DNA of 64,000 nucleotides from positions 128,001-192,000 of the forward strand of contig JAVYVS010000003.1 of NCBI GenBank assembly GCA_038727515.1. The letters run 5' to 3'. The notes under the pieces are model-generated. The model worked only from the letters and a program-made list of their open reading frames with translations, had not been told where the DNA came from and searched no databases. Both the position numbers and the translations under genes were made by a program. Each line of letters begins with the position of its first letter. Positions within the stretch are counted from its first letter, which is position 1. Of the stretch, positions 1 through 10,338 are shown piece by piece. This DNA comes from Candidatus Methanomethylicia archaeon. Lineage in GTDB: Archaea > Thermoproteota > Methanomethylicia > Culexarchaeales > Culexarchaeaceae.

Positions 1-367
1 CACATTCTCTAAATAGGATATCGGGTAGGTATAGTATGAAAAAGTGTAGAATGTGACTATGTAGTATTCCAGCAAAATGAAGTAATTCCCTCAATTTTAA
101 AGCATTTTCTTTTATTGTTAATCCAAAAATATCATCTAATGCTTTTACTGAAGCTAAATGATGAGATGGAGAGCAAAGTCCACAAATCCTTGGAACTATT
201 AAAGGGGCTTCCTCGATAGGTCTATTTATAAGTAGTTTTTCAAATCCCCTAAACTCAGTAACTTGAAGATATGAGTTTAAAACTTTACCATCATTGCTTA
301 CGAAAAGCGATACTTTAGCATGCCCTTCTATTCTCGTTATTGGTTTAAAAATTAATTTTCTACTCAT
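1..367 (-). CDS. mvhA: [NiFe]-hydrogenase large subunit (MvhA-like), N-terminal part; runs off the window edge
   Basis: Manual translation MSRKLIFKPITRIEGHAKV...FRGFEKLL...PRICGLC contains the TRIEGH motif and the L1 RxCGxC motif; lies downstream of mvhD and mvhG. Confidence 0.9.
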   Translation of the reverse strand, partial: MSRKLIFKPITRIEGHAKVSLFVSNDGKVLNSYLQVTEFRGFEKLLINRPIEEAPLIVPRICGLCSPSHHLASVKALDDIFGLTIKENALKLRELLHFAGILHSHILHFFILYLPDILFREC

Positions 368-1262
368 AATTTTTAACCTCTCTTTTTATTGAAAATAATT
401 TGGAGGATGGAAGAGTAAACCTATACAAAAGACCTGTTAAGTCTCTAATAGTTTTTAATTTTTCTATATTGTTGACATCATAAGATGCAGCTGATGCTAA
501 AGATGACAAAAATTTAAATGCCGCTTCATCGATTCCATTTAGAGGCCCTAAACACCCTCTACAAGGAGTATTGGATTTTATACATCTAGCATCACAACCA
601 CTTAAGGTTACAGGCCCTAAACATAAAACGCCTTGTTCTAAAAAACAGTGATTTAAATCCACTGGTTGTAAAGAGAATCTTTTTATGTCCTTTACTAACT
701 TATTTTCTCCAGTATTCAATGGACACTCCATGCATAAACTTTTGTTTGACAATTTAAACGGTGCATCTCCAGTTAAACTGTTAAGTAAATTAAGAATAAT
801 CTTTCTAGGAGGGGGACATCCTGGAACTGCCATATCTATCTTTACAAGCTCATGTAATGGTCGTATGTACTCAGATAATTTTGGTAGGTCATATTCTTCA
901 GAAATTAAATCTTTGTTGCAACCATACACATCTTTTAAAACATTAGATATATTCAGTATATTTAACAATCCTGGTAAACCGCCATAACAAGAACAACTTC
1001 CAAAAGCGATAAGTATTTTGCTTTTCATCCTCCATTTCAATAGTTTATCATAATCTTCTAATAACCGCAAACTACCAGTTACAATTCCCACATCTACATT
1101 AGCAGGTTCTTCAAAATCTGTGAGTAATGGCGAGTACACTATATCAATAATATCTTCAGTTAAATTATCAGAAAGAAGCCTCAATATGTCAAGTATGGCA
1201 TTTTCACATCCACTACACGTTGTTAATGGAAAGAAAGCCACAGAAAGCTTTTTATGATGCAT
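360..1262 (-). CDS. mvhG: F420-non-reducing [NiFe]-hydrogenase small subunit (MvhG-like)
   Basis: CSGC, GSCSCYGG, PGCPP, CMECP, CLGPVT..GC...C....PCRGC Fe-S motifs; start moved to the ATG at 1262. Confidence 0.85.
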   Translation of the reverse strand: MHHKKLSVAFFPLTTCSGCENAILDILRLLSDNLTEDIIDIVYSPLLTDFEEPANVDVGIVTGSLRLLEDYDKLLKWRMKSKILIAFGSCSCYGGLPGLLNILNISNVLKDVYGCNKDLISEEYDLPKLSEYIRPLHELVKIDMAVPGCPPPRKIILNLLNSLTGDAPFKLSNKSLCMECPLNTGENKLVKDIKRFSLQPVDLNHCFLEQGVLCLGPVTLSGCDARCIKSNTPCRGCLGPLNGIDEAAFKFLSSLASAASYDVNNIEKLKTIRDLTGLLYRFTLPSSKLFSIKREVKNYE

Positions 1263-1263
1263 A

Positions 1264-1680
1264 TTACCACCCACCAATGGAAAATAGGGGCCCCATCTTA
1301 GTTATTCTATCAACAAAGTTATTAACAATAGAGGAAAAACGATCTCCTTCACCGGCAGAAGCCCAATCTATATGTAATCGATCTGGATTAATTCCAATTT
1401 CACTTAGGAGTTTTTTAACAAGTACAACTTTTGCCTTAGCTTTGTAATTCCCATTTATATAATGACAGTCGCCGGGGTGACAACCCACAATTAATACACC
1501 GTCAGCACCATTAAGAAATGCAGACATGATATTTATTGGATCAACACGACCACTACACATTACACGTATAATTCTTAAATTTACCTTATATAGTCTTCTT
1601 AAATTACCGGCTAAATCAGCAGCTGCGTATCCGCACCAATTACATAAGAAACCAACTATCTTTGGCTTAAATTCAAGCAT
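1264..1680 (-). CDS. mvhD: Hydrogenase iron-sulfur subunit MvhD
   Basis: FLCNWCGYAAADLAG, RVMCSGRVDP, GCHPGDCHY; start moved to MLEFKPKIVG. Confidence 0.92.
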   Translation of the reverse strand: MLEFKPKIVGFLCNWCGYAAADLAGNLRRLYKVNLRIIRVMCSGRVDPINIMSAFLNGADGVLIVGCHPGDCHYINGNYKAKAKVVLVKKLLSEIGINPDRLHIDWASAGEGDRFSSIVNNFVDRITKMGPLFSIGGW

Positions 1681-2224
1681 TTGAAAGGATTCTCTTTCCA
1701 TATTCATACCCTTCACGTAGAGCTTTTAAATTTATTTCTTCTAGACCTTTAGGAACGCTGTCAATAATTGCTTTTTCTAAAGCAGAATACGTTACAGCAT
1801 TAGTTACAGCACAAAGTACACCGAGTAGTACTATGTTTGCAACGATCTTTCTACCTATAGATGTTGCAATTCTTGTGGCAGGTACTTTGTATATTTTTAC
1901 ATTATTATTTGGTGGATCCACATCCTTTACAAGATCTTCATCTAAGATTATTATACCATTATCACATACATACTTTTTATAGTAATTGTATGCGTCTTGT
2001 GATAGAACAATCAAAATATTATTTGAAGTTATATATGGATAATCTATTGCTTCATCTGATATTATAACATCAGTTTTAGATCTACTACCTCTAGCTTCGG
2101 GACCATAGGATTCTGTTTGAACAACATTCTTATTATCAAAAATTGCAGAAGCTTTACCTAAAATATACCCAGCAAAAAGAATGCCTTGACCCCCAAGTCC
2201 CGAGATCCTTATTTCCCATTTCAT
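1673..2224 (-). CDS. korC: 2-oxoacid:ferredoxin oxidoreductase gamma subunit
   Basis: IRISGLGGQG, QTESYGPEARG, NIVLLG. Confidence 0.9.
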   Translation of the reverse strand: MKWEIRISGLGGQGILFAGYILGKASAIFDNKNVVQTESYGPEARGSRSKTDVIISDEAIDYPYITSNNILIVLSQDAYNYYKKYVCDNGIIILDEDLVKDVDPPNNNVKIYKVPATRIATSIGRKIVANIVLLGVLCAVTNAVTYSALEKAIIDSVPKGLEEINLKALREGYEYGKRILSNA

Positions 2225-2229
2225 ATACC

Positions 2230-3102
2230 TTATCCTCCATCAACCAATGACTTTATATCTTTACCACATTGTTCTCTGATTAACTTATAAAGCTCATCTA
2301 CAAATTCTGGTCTATCTCTTTCAACAAATTCACCTACGATTATTTTCTTGTTTAAGTCTATGTCAGCAATTGAAGGATCGATATTATTTTTAATGACACT
2401 GTTATTCAACAAAAATTTCAAAATTTCTGGGGGGTCTCCAAGTTTATTGTATCTTGCATATAAAGTAATGCAGGGAGCTATTACCTCTATAAAAGAGAAC
2501 CCCTTCCTCTGTAAAGCTTTTTTAAAGGTTCTGATCATAGAAAAAGGTTGAGCAATAGTCCATCTTGCTACAAAAGTTGCTCCTGCAGCTGTTGCAAGAG
2601 AAGGTAAATTAAATGGATGTTCAATATTTCCATAAGGTGTTGTTGTAGTTTTTGAATATAATGGAGTTGTTGGACCTACTTGTCCTCCAGTCATACCATA
2701 ATTAAAGTTGTTAATACATATAACTAATAGGTCAATATTTCTTCTTGCAGCATGTATAAAGTGATTTCCACCTATTGCGAATAAATCTCCATCTCCACTA
2801 ATAACACTAACTTTAAGATATGGTTTGGCTATTTTAATACCCATAGCCACAGGGATTGCACGTCCATGAGTAGTATGAAATGAATCTAATGCTACATAAT
2901 TTGCAATTCTACCGCTACAACCTATGCCTGAAACCACGACTACATTGTTTAAATCGATATTGGATTCAAGTAATGCTCTTAAATAACAGTTTAATACTAT
3001 ACCTATTCCACAACCTGGACACCATATATGAGGCAGATGTTCAGATAACAAAAGTGAATCTAAAGTATGCATCTCACTATTTCTGGGTAGCTTAATTGAC
3101 AA
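2230..3102 (-). CDS. korB: 2-oxoacid:ferredoxin oxidoreductase beta subunit (TPP-binding)
   Basis: WCPGCG, SGIGCS, HGRA, GDGD...NN YGMTGGQ. Confidence 0.92.
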   Translation of the reverse strand: MSIKLPRNSEMHTLDSLLLSEHLPHIWCPGCGIGIVLNCYLRALLESNIDLNNVVVVSGIGCSGRIANYVALDSFHTTHGRAIPVAMGIKIAKPYLKVSVISGDGDLFAIGGNHFIHAARRNIDLLVICINNFNYGMTGGQVGPTTPLYSKTTTTPYGNIEHPFNLPSLATAAGATFVARWTIAQPFSMIRTFKKALQRKGFSFIEVIAPCITLYARYNKLGDPPEILKFLLNNSVIKNNIDPSIADIDLNKKIIVGEFVERDRPEFVDELYKLIREQCGKDIKSLVDGG

Positions 3103-4246
3103 GTTTGTTCACCTCGTGTATAAAATCGATCAATTCATCAGGGGTGTGAGGATCACCGCCAATTTTAGGAAAAGAAAACGTAGGCTTCCCCTGAACACTT
3201 CCTTCAACTTCTTTAACTAATTGACCATAATTCATTTCAACAACTATGAAGGCTTTAGCGTACTTTGAATATTCAATAAATAAATGTTTGGGAAAAGGCC
3301 ATATAGTTATCAATCTACATAAACCAACCTTCAACCCTTTTTCTCTACATATTTTCACAGCTCTTAATGCAGACCTAGCTGGTGCACCATATGATACAAC
3401 TATTATCTTAGCATCTTTAGTGAATATCTCATCAAACATCGTAATTTTGTCAATATTAAGTCTAATCTTATCGCATAACCTTTTCACTAAATAACTGTGT
3501 ACATTAGGATCCAATGTTGAAGGAAAACCGGAAAAATCATGTGTCAATCCTGTTACATGAACTTTAAATCCTTCACCAAAACAAGCCATTGGTGGAATGA
3601 GATCTTCATCAGGCATGAATGGTAAATATCCATTTTTAGAATCCTTTTTTGGTTTTTTCCTATTTACTATCTTAACTTCCTCTGGACGTTTTATTATCAC
3701 TTTCTCTCTCATATGACCAATTATTTCATCTGCAAGTAGTATTGTTGGGACCCTAAACCTTTCAGCAAGATTAAAAGCCTCTATCGTTAAATCAAACATT
3801 TCTTGAACTGAAAATGGATAAAGGGCAATAATTTCATAGTCACCATGGCTACCCCATTTTGCTTGCATAATGTCACCTTGTGCAGCTCTAGTTGGCTGTC
3901 CAGTGCTTGGTCCTCCACGCATTACATTTACCACTACTATTGGTGCTTCAACCATAGCAGCCAATCCTATGTTTTCCATCATTAAGCTCATACCAGGACC
4001 ACTTGTAGCGGTCATTGCTTTTACACCAGCATATGATGCTCCTATAATTAATGCTATAGAAGAAAGTTCATCTTCCATTTGCACAAAAGCGCCGCCTACT
4101 TGTGGCAGCCTAAAGGCTAATCTTTCAGCAATTTCTGTAGATGGCGTTATTGGGTAACCAGCAAATAATCTACATCCTGCAACAATAGCTCCTTCAGCGC
4201 ATGCTTCATCTCCTTGCATGAAAAAAGCATTTTGCAAAAATTTCAT
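3092..4246 (-). CDS. korA: 2-oxoacid:ferredoxin oxidoreductase alpha subunit
   Basis: AGYPITPSTE, QMEDE, TATSGPG, RGGPSTGQPT. Confidence 0.92.
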   Translation of the reverse strand: MKFLQNAFFMQGDEACAEGAIVAGCRLFAGYPITPSTEIAERLAFRLPQVGGAFVQMEDELSSIALIIGASYAGVKAMTATSGPGMSLMMENIGLAAMVEAPIVVVNVMRGGPSTGQPTRAAQGDIMQAKWGSHGDYEIIALYPFSVQEMFDLTIEAFNLAERFRVPTILLADEIIGHMREKVIIKRPEEVKIVNRKKPKKDSKNGYLPFMPDEDLIPPMACFGEGFKVHVTGLTHDFSGFPSTLDPNVHSYLVKRLCDKIRLNIDKITMFDEIFTKDAKIIVVSYGAPARSALRAVKICREKGLKVGLCRLITIWPFPKHLFIEYSKYAKAFIVVEMNYGQLVKEVEGSVQGKPTFSFPKIGGDPHTPDELIDFIHEVNKLVN

Positions 4247-4416
4247 AGAGTTTACACTATAAAAACAAATAACAAATAAAGATTAATAAACACTTTCATT
4301 ATTAATTAATAAAAATGCTGAATATCTTATTATCATTATGTGATGTATTAACTATACAAGTGTATAAATGTTAAAAGACTTATGTAAAAGAATTTGTCTT
4401 AAAATGATAAATATAA

Positions 4417-4501
4417 TGCGGGGGGTGGGATTTGAACCCACGAAGGCCTACGCCAACGGATCTTGAGTCCGTCGCCTTTAACCTGGCTCGGCAACCCCCG
4501 C
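4417..4501 (-). tRNA. tRNA-Leu(CAA)
   Basis: Reverse complement GCGGGGGTTGCCGAG...GACTCAAGATCC...GTTCAAATCCCACCCCCCGCA; long variable arm. Confidence 0.95.
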
Positions 4502-4537
4502 TTTAATAAATACTATAATAAATTGAGATTTATGAAT

Positions 4538-5578
4538 TTATTTTTCCAAGATTTTTCGTATATTATGAGGAAATGGAGGTGTAACTATCCCTTTTTCAGT
4601 TATTATTGCAGAGATATACTCTGGGGGTGTCATATCAAATGCGTAATTTAATGCTTTTACACCTTTTGGGGTGATATTATACTTTAACAGCACTTTAGTT
4701 ACTTCATATGGACTTCTTTCTTCTATAATAACATCTTCTTTTCGTGATTGAAAATCGAATGTTGAAATTGGTGCAGCAACATAAAATGGAATATTATGAA
4801 CTTTAGATAGAATGGCAACAGTGTAAGTTCCAATTTTATTGTATACGGTTCCATCGGCTAGAATTCTATCGGCTCCTACGATCACTTTATTTATCTCACC
4901 CTTTTTCATTAAAAAACCAATAGCATTATCAGTTATTAACACTAGAGGTATTTTTTCACGTTTTAACTCAAAAGCTGTAAGTCTTGCACCTTGTAATTGA
5001 GGTCTAGTTTCAGCCACAAAAACCCGTATCTTTTTCCCTTTTTTCCATGCAGATCTTATAACTCCAAGAGCTGTTCCATAATAAACAGTTGCGAGAGAAC
5101 CAGCATTACAATAGGTTAATATTGAATCCCCATCTTCAATTAGTTTCTCACCATTTTCACCTATCCTAATATTGATGTTAACATCTTCATCAGCCATTTT
5201 TAGAGCTTCATTAATTATATCATTTACTATCTCTAAAGAGCTCTTATTTGGATTTATAACATTAAGTATCCTATCGACAGCCCAAAATAGGTTCCTCGCT
5301 GTGGGTCTTGACTCCATTAATTTTTTCGCGGTCTCCTGTATTTTCATTAGAAGGAAGGCTTTTTCTTCATGTGAAAAACTTTTTGCTGTTAATGCAAGAG
5401 CCATAGCTGCTGCTATACCTATAGCTGGGGCCCCCCTTATTTTCATCTTCATGATCGCATCTATTACTTCGTCTGCAGATTTGCATTCCACTATCTTTAG
5501 TTTTTTAGGTAGTAATGTTTGATCAATTATTCTTACTGTACCGTTTACCCATTCAATAGTTTTTGGTAATTTTTGCAT
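4538..5578 (-). CDS. mtnA: S-methyl-5-thioribose-1-phosphate isomerase (eIF-2B alpha/beta/delta family)
   Basis: IDQTLLP, IRGAPAIG, SRPTARNL, TYCNAGSLAT, ETRPQLQGARLT, NKIGTY. Confidence 0.85.
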   Translation of the reverse strand: MQKLPKTIEWVNGTVRIIDQTLLPKKLKIVECKSADEVIDAIMKMKIRGAPAIGIAAAMALALTAKSFSHEEKAFLLMKIQETAKKLMESRPTARNLFWAVDRILNVINPNKSSLEIVNDIINEALKMADEDVNINIRIGENGEKLIEDGDSILTYCNAGSLATVYYGTALGVIRSAWKKGKKIRVFVAETRPQLQGARLTAFELKREKIPLVLITDNAIGFLMKKGEINKVIVGADRILADGTVYNKIGTYTVAILSKVHNIPFYVAAPISTFDFQSRKEDVIIEERSPYEVTKVLLKYNITPKGVKALNYAFDMTPPEYISAIITEKGIVTPPFPHNIRKILEK

Positions 5579-6095
5579 TTTTAATCACTTCCACTAAGAT
5601 ATCTGAAATTATATTTGCAGCATTATAAATTTCACTAGAAATACTCCTACCAAAGTTTAAATTTTTAGGTTGAATTCCAATAATTACAACCTTTGCTCCA
5701 ACTATTTCTTCTATATATGTAAACAATAACTTTGGTGAAATATTATGAGTGGATGTAGTAATAAAGTCAAATATATCATTTTTTCCAAAAAGACCAATAG
5801 ATCCGGGGCATGAATTCATTTGTACAGCATCTATTAATATTACATGAGAAGGAGATAAATTTTCTAATTTACCGAGGAAAGATTCAGGGGAAGTTTCACA
5901 ATTTAAAATTGTAACAAAATCATCTAGCATTTTAGTTTTCTGAAGTTTCTTTTCTAATAATTCAATGGTCTTTAAACCAGCAGCATCATCACTTCTAAAG
6001 TAATTCCCAATACCCATTATCACAATCTTTTTGGCATCCTTAACAAAAATACTTAAGAGCCTTTTTAAACCATTAATTTCATTTATATCTTTCAT
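5553..6095 (-). CDS. hycI: Hydrogenase maturation protease (HycI-like)
   Basis: GIGNYFRSDDAAG, PE, ILIDAV, STHNI, GIQP. Confidence 0.85.
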   Translation of the reverse strand: MKDINEINGLKRLLSIFVKDAKKIVIMGIGNYFRSDDAAGLKTIELLEKKLQKTKMLDDFVTILNCETSPESFLGKLENLSPSHVILIDAVQMNSCPGSIGLFGKNDIFDFITTSTHNISPKLLFTYIEEIVGAKVVIIGIQPKNLNFGRSISSEIYNAANIISDILVEVIKNAKITKNY

Positions 6096-6125
6096 TTCAT
6101 TTAATATTTTATTTGGGAAGTATAT

Positions 6126-6650
6126 ATGGCTGCTTATATCCCGATTGGTATGTTGTTGGAAGAGAAAACAATATTTTATGGTAATGATGTAAACGATGTT
6201 TGGAATATGGGCTTTTATGGGGAAAAAATAGAAAATCAGCTTATATTATTGCCTTTTGAAACTCTTTATTTGGTTGAACGTGGAAAAATAAAGGTTTGTT
6301 CAAAAGAAGGAAAATTTTTATCATTTAATGAATTACTTCATTATTTTTTGAAATATGATCCTGATGTATGGACAAAATATGTTATATATTCAGACTTACG
6401 TCAAAGAGGATATATAGTTAAAGGTGGTTTTGACAATATTTCATTTAGAGTCTATGAAAAGGGGGCTATTGTGGGAAAAGATGTAGCAAAGATGATAGTA
6501 TATGGAGTTGTAGAAGGGAAACCTATAAGTTTACATGAGATAAAGGAAATGGTTAAATCAGCGAGAAGTATAAAAAAAGATCTAATCTTAGCCATTTTAA
6601 ATAGTCAAGGGGAAATATCGTATTACAGTGTTAATGAGGTGTCTTTTTGA
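6126..6650 (+). CDS. tRNA-splicing endonuclease subunit, probably the structural (non-catalytic) one
   Basis: ETLYLVERG, YSDLRQRGYIVK, FRVY motifs; catalytic Tyr/His positions are not recognisable. Confidence 0.75.
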   Translation: MAAYIPIGMLLEEKTIFYGNDVNDVWNMGFYGEKIENQLILLPFETLYLVERGKIKVCSKEGKFLSFNELLHYFLKYDPDVWTKYVIYSDLRQRGYIVKGGFDNISFRVYEKGAIVGKDVAKMIVYGVVEGKPISLHEIKEMVKSARSIKKDLILAILNSQGEISYYSVNEVSF

Positions 6651-7492
6651 GAAAGGTGATGGCCCTTATTAAGGTTATCAGACCGATAAATTCGGTAATG
6701 ATGGGTTTTAGTGTATGTTTAAGCGAATTTATAGCACTTAGAAGTTTTCCATCAAATTCGTTAATGATACATGGATTTCTAACAGGATTTTCCCTAACAG
6801 GAGCTTCAATGGTTATAAACGATATATACGATTATGAAGTAGATCTAATAAACGCTCCAAAAAGACCCATACCTAGCGGTATTTTGAAGATAAAGGAAGC
6901 ATGGATATATGGGCTTACATTATCTCTTTTAGGCATTATATCAGCATATATGATAAATCAATATTGTCTCATAATAGCATTAACTTCATTTGTGATATCA
7001 ATTTTGTACAATGTACACTTTAAAAAATATGGGCTCATAGGAAATTTTATGGTAAGTTTCTGCGTAGCTATGCCCTTCATCTTTGGAGCATATGCTGTGG
7101 GAGGAGGAAGCAAAATATTATTAACATTTTCAATTACAGCATTCCTTGTGAATACAAGTAGGGAAGTGATAAAGGGCATAGCAGACGTGGAAGGTGATAT
7201 AAAAAGACAAGTGAAAACAGTAGCCATAGAATATGGAATAAAAACAGCAAGAACAGTTGCGATATTACTTTTTATTTTGGCAATAATTGCTGCTATTGTA
7301 CCGATAATCTTTAAATGGGTTTCATGGCTTTACGTTCCAATCATAATGTTATCATTGATTGGATTATCCTATGAAATTCTCTCTTTGTTAAATGAAATAA
7401 ATAGAGAGAAAGCAATAAAAATTAAAAATAGACTTTTACTGTATATGTTTCTCGCATTAATAGCAATGTTCACAGGTGGATATTATGAGTAA
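6647..7492 (+). CDS. Digeranylgeranylglyceryl phosphate synthase (UbiA family)
   Basis: RPIN, NDIYDYEVDLINAPKRPIPSG, REVIKGIADVEGD; multi-TM. Confidence 0.85.
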   Translation: MRKVMALIKVIRPINSVMMGFSVCLSEFIALRSFPSNSLMIHGFLTGFSLTGASMVINDIYDYEVDLINAPKRPIPSGILKIKEAWIYGLTLSLLGIISAYMINQYCLIIALTSFVISILYNVHFKKYGLIGNFMVSFCVAMPFIFGAYAVGGGSKILLTFSITAFLVNTSREVIKGIADVEGDIKRQVKTVAIEYGIKTARTVAILLFILAIIAAIVPIIFKWVSWLYVPIIMLSLIGLSYEILSLLNEINREKAIKIKNRLLLYMFLALIAMFTGGYYE

Positions 7493-8789
7493 AGAGAAGT
7501 TTAAAGTTCTACGTGGTTTAAGAGACTTATTACCAGAAGAAGTTGAAAAAATGAATTATGTTAAATCAGTTATAAGAGAACTTTTTACGTTATATGGATA
7601 TAAAGAGATAATAACGCCAACTTTGGAATCATATGATCTTTTTGAAGCAAAAGCAGGTGAAGAATTGAGACATAGAATGTATACCTTCAAAGATTTAGGA
7701 AATAGGAAAGTTGCATTAAGACCAGAGATAACACCATCAGTCGCAAGGTTTTATATTAATCATATGCTCTCTAAACCAAAACCCGTTAGACTAGGTTATA
7801 TATCAAACTGTTTTAGATATGATGAACCACAATATGGTAGGTATAGGGAATTTTGGCAGGGAGGCTTTGAACTAATTGGTTCGCCAAATCCTGAGGCAGA
7901 TGTTGAAATACTAAGTATTGCAGATATGTTAATGAGGCGTTTGGGATTTTCAGATTATTATTTGAAATTAAACCACATTGGAATATTGAAGGGAATATTA
8001 ATTTCAGAAAATGTTTCTGAAAAAACCCAGAACACTGTACTTGGATTATTTGATAAATTAAGGTATGAAGAAGCCATCAAAATATTGGAATCTAATGGTG
8101 TTACGAAAAAATGCATAGATGATATAAAAGAACTTATAAATTTAAAAGGGCAACAAATTGAGCTAATTATTAGAAATGTTGAAGAAATTGTAAATAAATA
8201 CCCAATTTCTCTAGAAGCATTATCAAATTTAAAAAATATAATTAAGATAATTGAGTTAGCTGAATTAAAAATACCAATAAGATTAGATTTAGGATTTGCG
8301 AGAGGACTTGAATATTACACGGGAATAATTTTTGAATGTTTTACATCAAAAATGAAATTATCGGTAGGCGGTGGGGGTAGATACGATAACTTAATAGAAA
8401 CATTTGGAGGACCACATGTACCAGCTGTGGGATATGCACCTGGAATTGACAGGATAGTATTAGCAATTGAAGAAGAAGGCATAAATTTGCCCATCGATAG
8501 GAAAAAGAAAAAGGTTATTATAATCCCTATATCTCAAAATGCTATCCCCAACGCATTTAAAGTTGCTTCAAAATTCAGAGAAGCACAATTCATTACAGAA
8601 ATAGATGTCGCCAGAAAAGGATTGAAAAAAATGTTATCATATGCAAGTTCCTGCGGATTTAATTACGCCATAATAATAGGGGAAACCGAACTAAAGAACG
8701 AAAAAATAACTTTAAAAAACTTGGAGAGGGGTGCTCAGTATACAATTACCGTGGAAGAAGCTATTAATATAGTGAGGGATGATATTTAA
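7476..8789 (+). CDS. hisS: Histidine--tRNA ligase
   Basis: RGLRD, LRPEITP, FRYDEPQYGRYREFWQ, RGLEYYTG, GGGRYD. Confidence 0.96.
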   Translation: MDIMSKEKFKVLRGLRDLLPEEVEKMNYVKSVIRELFTLYGYKEIITPTLESYDLFEAKAGEELRHRMYTFKDLGNRKVALRPEITPSVARFYINHMLSKPKPVRLGYISNCFRYDEPQYGRYREFWQGGFELIGSPNPEADVEILSIADMLMRRLGFSDYYLKLNHIGILKGILISENVSEKTQNTVLGLFDKLRYEEAIKILESNGVTKKCIDDIKELINLKGQQIELIIRNVEEIVNKYPISLEALSNLKNIIKIIELAELKIPIRLDLGFARGLEYYTGIIFECFTSKMKLSVGGGGRYDNLIETFGGPHVPAVGYAPGIDRIVLAIEEEGINLPIDRKKKKVIIIPISQNAIPNAFKVASKFREAQFITEIDVARKGLKKMLSYASSCGFNYAIIIGETELKNEKITLKNLERGAQYTITVEEAINIVRDDI

Positions 8790-8792
8790 ATA

Positions 8793-9104
8793 TTGGAAGA
8801 AAATGAAATGAAGGAAACTTTACAAGAAATTTACATAATAGCTAAAGATAAGAACCTAAAAATTAGATTTTTCTTTAAAGGAGTAAGGTATATACTATGT
8901 ATTAATGGATTGATAAGAGCAAGAGATAAAAATTTCAATATAGTTCCATGGTCTTTAGCTTTTGGATCTAAAACCCCATACAGCGTCTTACAAACAATCA
9001 GCATTGAAAAAATCGAGGTAGAAGATAAAGATGGAGATATAATGATATTTGAAAAATTAGATGAATTGATATCATGGTTAAAAAAGATTAGATACGAAAA
9101 ATGA
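8793..9104 (+). CDS. Hypothetical protein
   Basis: 103-aa ORF immediately downstream of hisS, host-like codon usage; no motif recognised. Confidence 0.6.
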   Translation: MEENEMKETLQEIYIIAKDKNLKIRFFFKGVRYILCINGLIRARDKNFNIVPWSLAFGSKTPYSVLQTISIEKIEVEDKDGDIMIFEKLDELISWLKKIRYEK

Positions 9105-9168
9105 AAATACTGAATATAATAAGAACAATAAATTTAAACTAGCTTCTTTTAATAAATTAAATAATGAG

Positions 9169-9243
9169 GGGCCCGTAGCTCAGCTAGGATAGAGCAGCGG
9201 CCTCCTAAGCCGTTGGTCGTGGGTTCAAATCCCACCGGGCCCG
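9169..9243 (+). tRNA. tRNA-Arg(CCT)
   Basis: GGGCCCGTAGCTCAG...GCGGCCTCCTAAGCCGT...GTTCAAATCCCACCGGGCCCG cloverleaf. Confidence 0.95.
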
Positions 9244-9302
9244 CATCTAATTGAGTGCGAAACCTTTAAATTCAGCCTGGCTTTTTACTCTCCTGAGCTA
9301 AA

Positions 9303-9405
9303 ATGCCGAAAAAAGAGTCAGCAAATATTCCTCTATTATGGATGAAGAGGTTAAGCGTTGGCTTAGAAACTTAGCTAGAGGAAGTCCCATAACAGCTGAA
9401 GTTTT
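9303..9405 (+). pseudogene. N-terminal remnant of an archaeal tyrosine integrase
   Basis: Frameshifted MPKK/RVSKYSSIMDEEVKRWLRNLARGSPITAEV resembles integrase N-termini (..DxxVxRW..NLA..S..TA.V); sits directly after the tRNA. Confidence 0.6.
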
Positions 9406-9495
9406 TAAATCAAAATTAGATAATAATGAAATTATCAATAATAATTCCTGTTAAAATGGTGAAAAATTTATTAAGAAAACCTTGGAAGAAATTAC

Positions 9496-10333
9496 TGAAC
9501 TCATCGCAAAACCCTTAGGTATATTATTATGCATGTTATTTGTATGAATCCTAGGAATGTTGATGCTAGTCTTTCATATCTTATGGATAATCTTCTGAAT
9601 GATGTTATCCATGCGAAGAATCTTTCAACGGTGCTCCTCATGCTCTTATATGACTTCTTATTGAGCCTGTATGGTCTTCCATGCTTGGGCTTACGCCTCG
9701 AGTTGACATCTATGTTTGCTTTACTCCTCTACGCTTGAGGTAATCTCTAATCTCTCTAGCGTCGTATGCTGATTCTCCTATAACCTCTTTAGATCTGCTC
9801 CTAGGCTTACCATGCTTAACCCTCACATCTTCAAGGAGCTTTATGAAGCGTTTTGAGTCATGTTCATCTCCAGGCCCTACTTGAACGCTTAGCGGCAGGG
9901 CTTCACGTGATACAATGCATGGACCTTCGTGCCCTTAATATGCTTATATCCATCGTATCCAACTATCCCCCCTCCCTAGCTCTAATGGTTGTGCTGTCAA
10001 CGGCAACCCTATCTAGGCTTACCCATAGAATATCCCTTATCCATTAATGCTTTGAAAACATCAGCCCATACACCTTTAATACTCCAACGCTTAAACCTAT
10101 CCCAAGCAGTCTTATATGAGCCATACTTAGAAGGCATATCCATCCAACGGCAACCAGTAACAAGCCGTACAGTATTCCGTTAACAATAATCCTATCGTCG
10201 ATCCTAGGCCTACCAGTCCCAGCCCTAGGAGGAAGCAAAAACCTAATAAGCTCCCACTCACTATTAGTAAGCTCCCTAAACTCCATAACAAAACCCTACT
10301 CAGAAACATTTAAATAGTTTTCAGATGAATTCA
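9496..10333 (-). mobile_element. IS5-family element (IS427-like) with a disrupted transposase (about 9501-10286)
   Basis: ELTNSEWELI..LLP....GRPR.DDR...NGILY / GCRW.D.P..YG motifs; C-terminal VERFFAWI..FRRL..RYER; imperfect TIRs TGAACTCATCGCAAAAC (9496) and TGAATTCATCTGAAAAC (reverse complement, ending 10333); several frameshifts and stops. Confidence 0.85.
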
Positions 10334-10338
10334 AAGTT

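Noticed and set aside
9529-10183. Plus-strand ORFs 9529-9738, 9853-10047 and 9989-10183
   Set aside because: Antisense shadows of the IS5 transposase pseudogene
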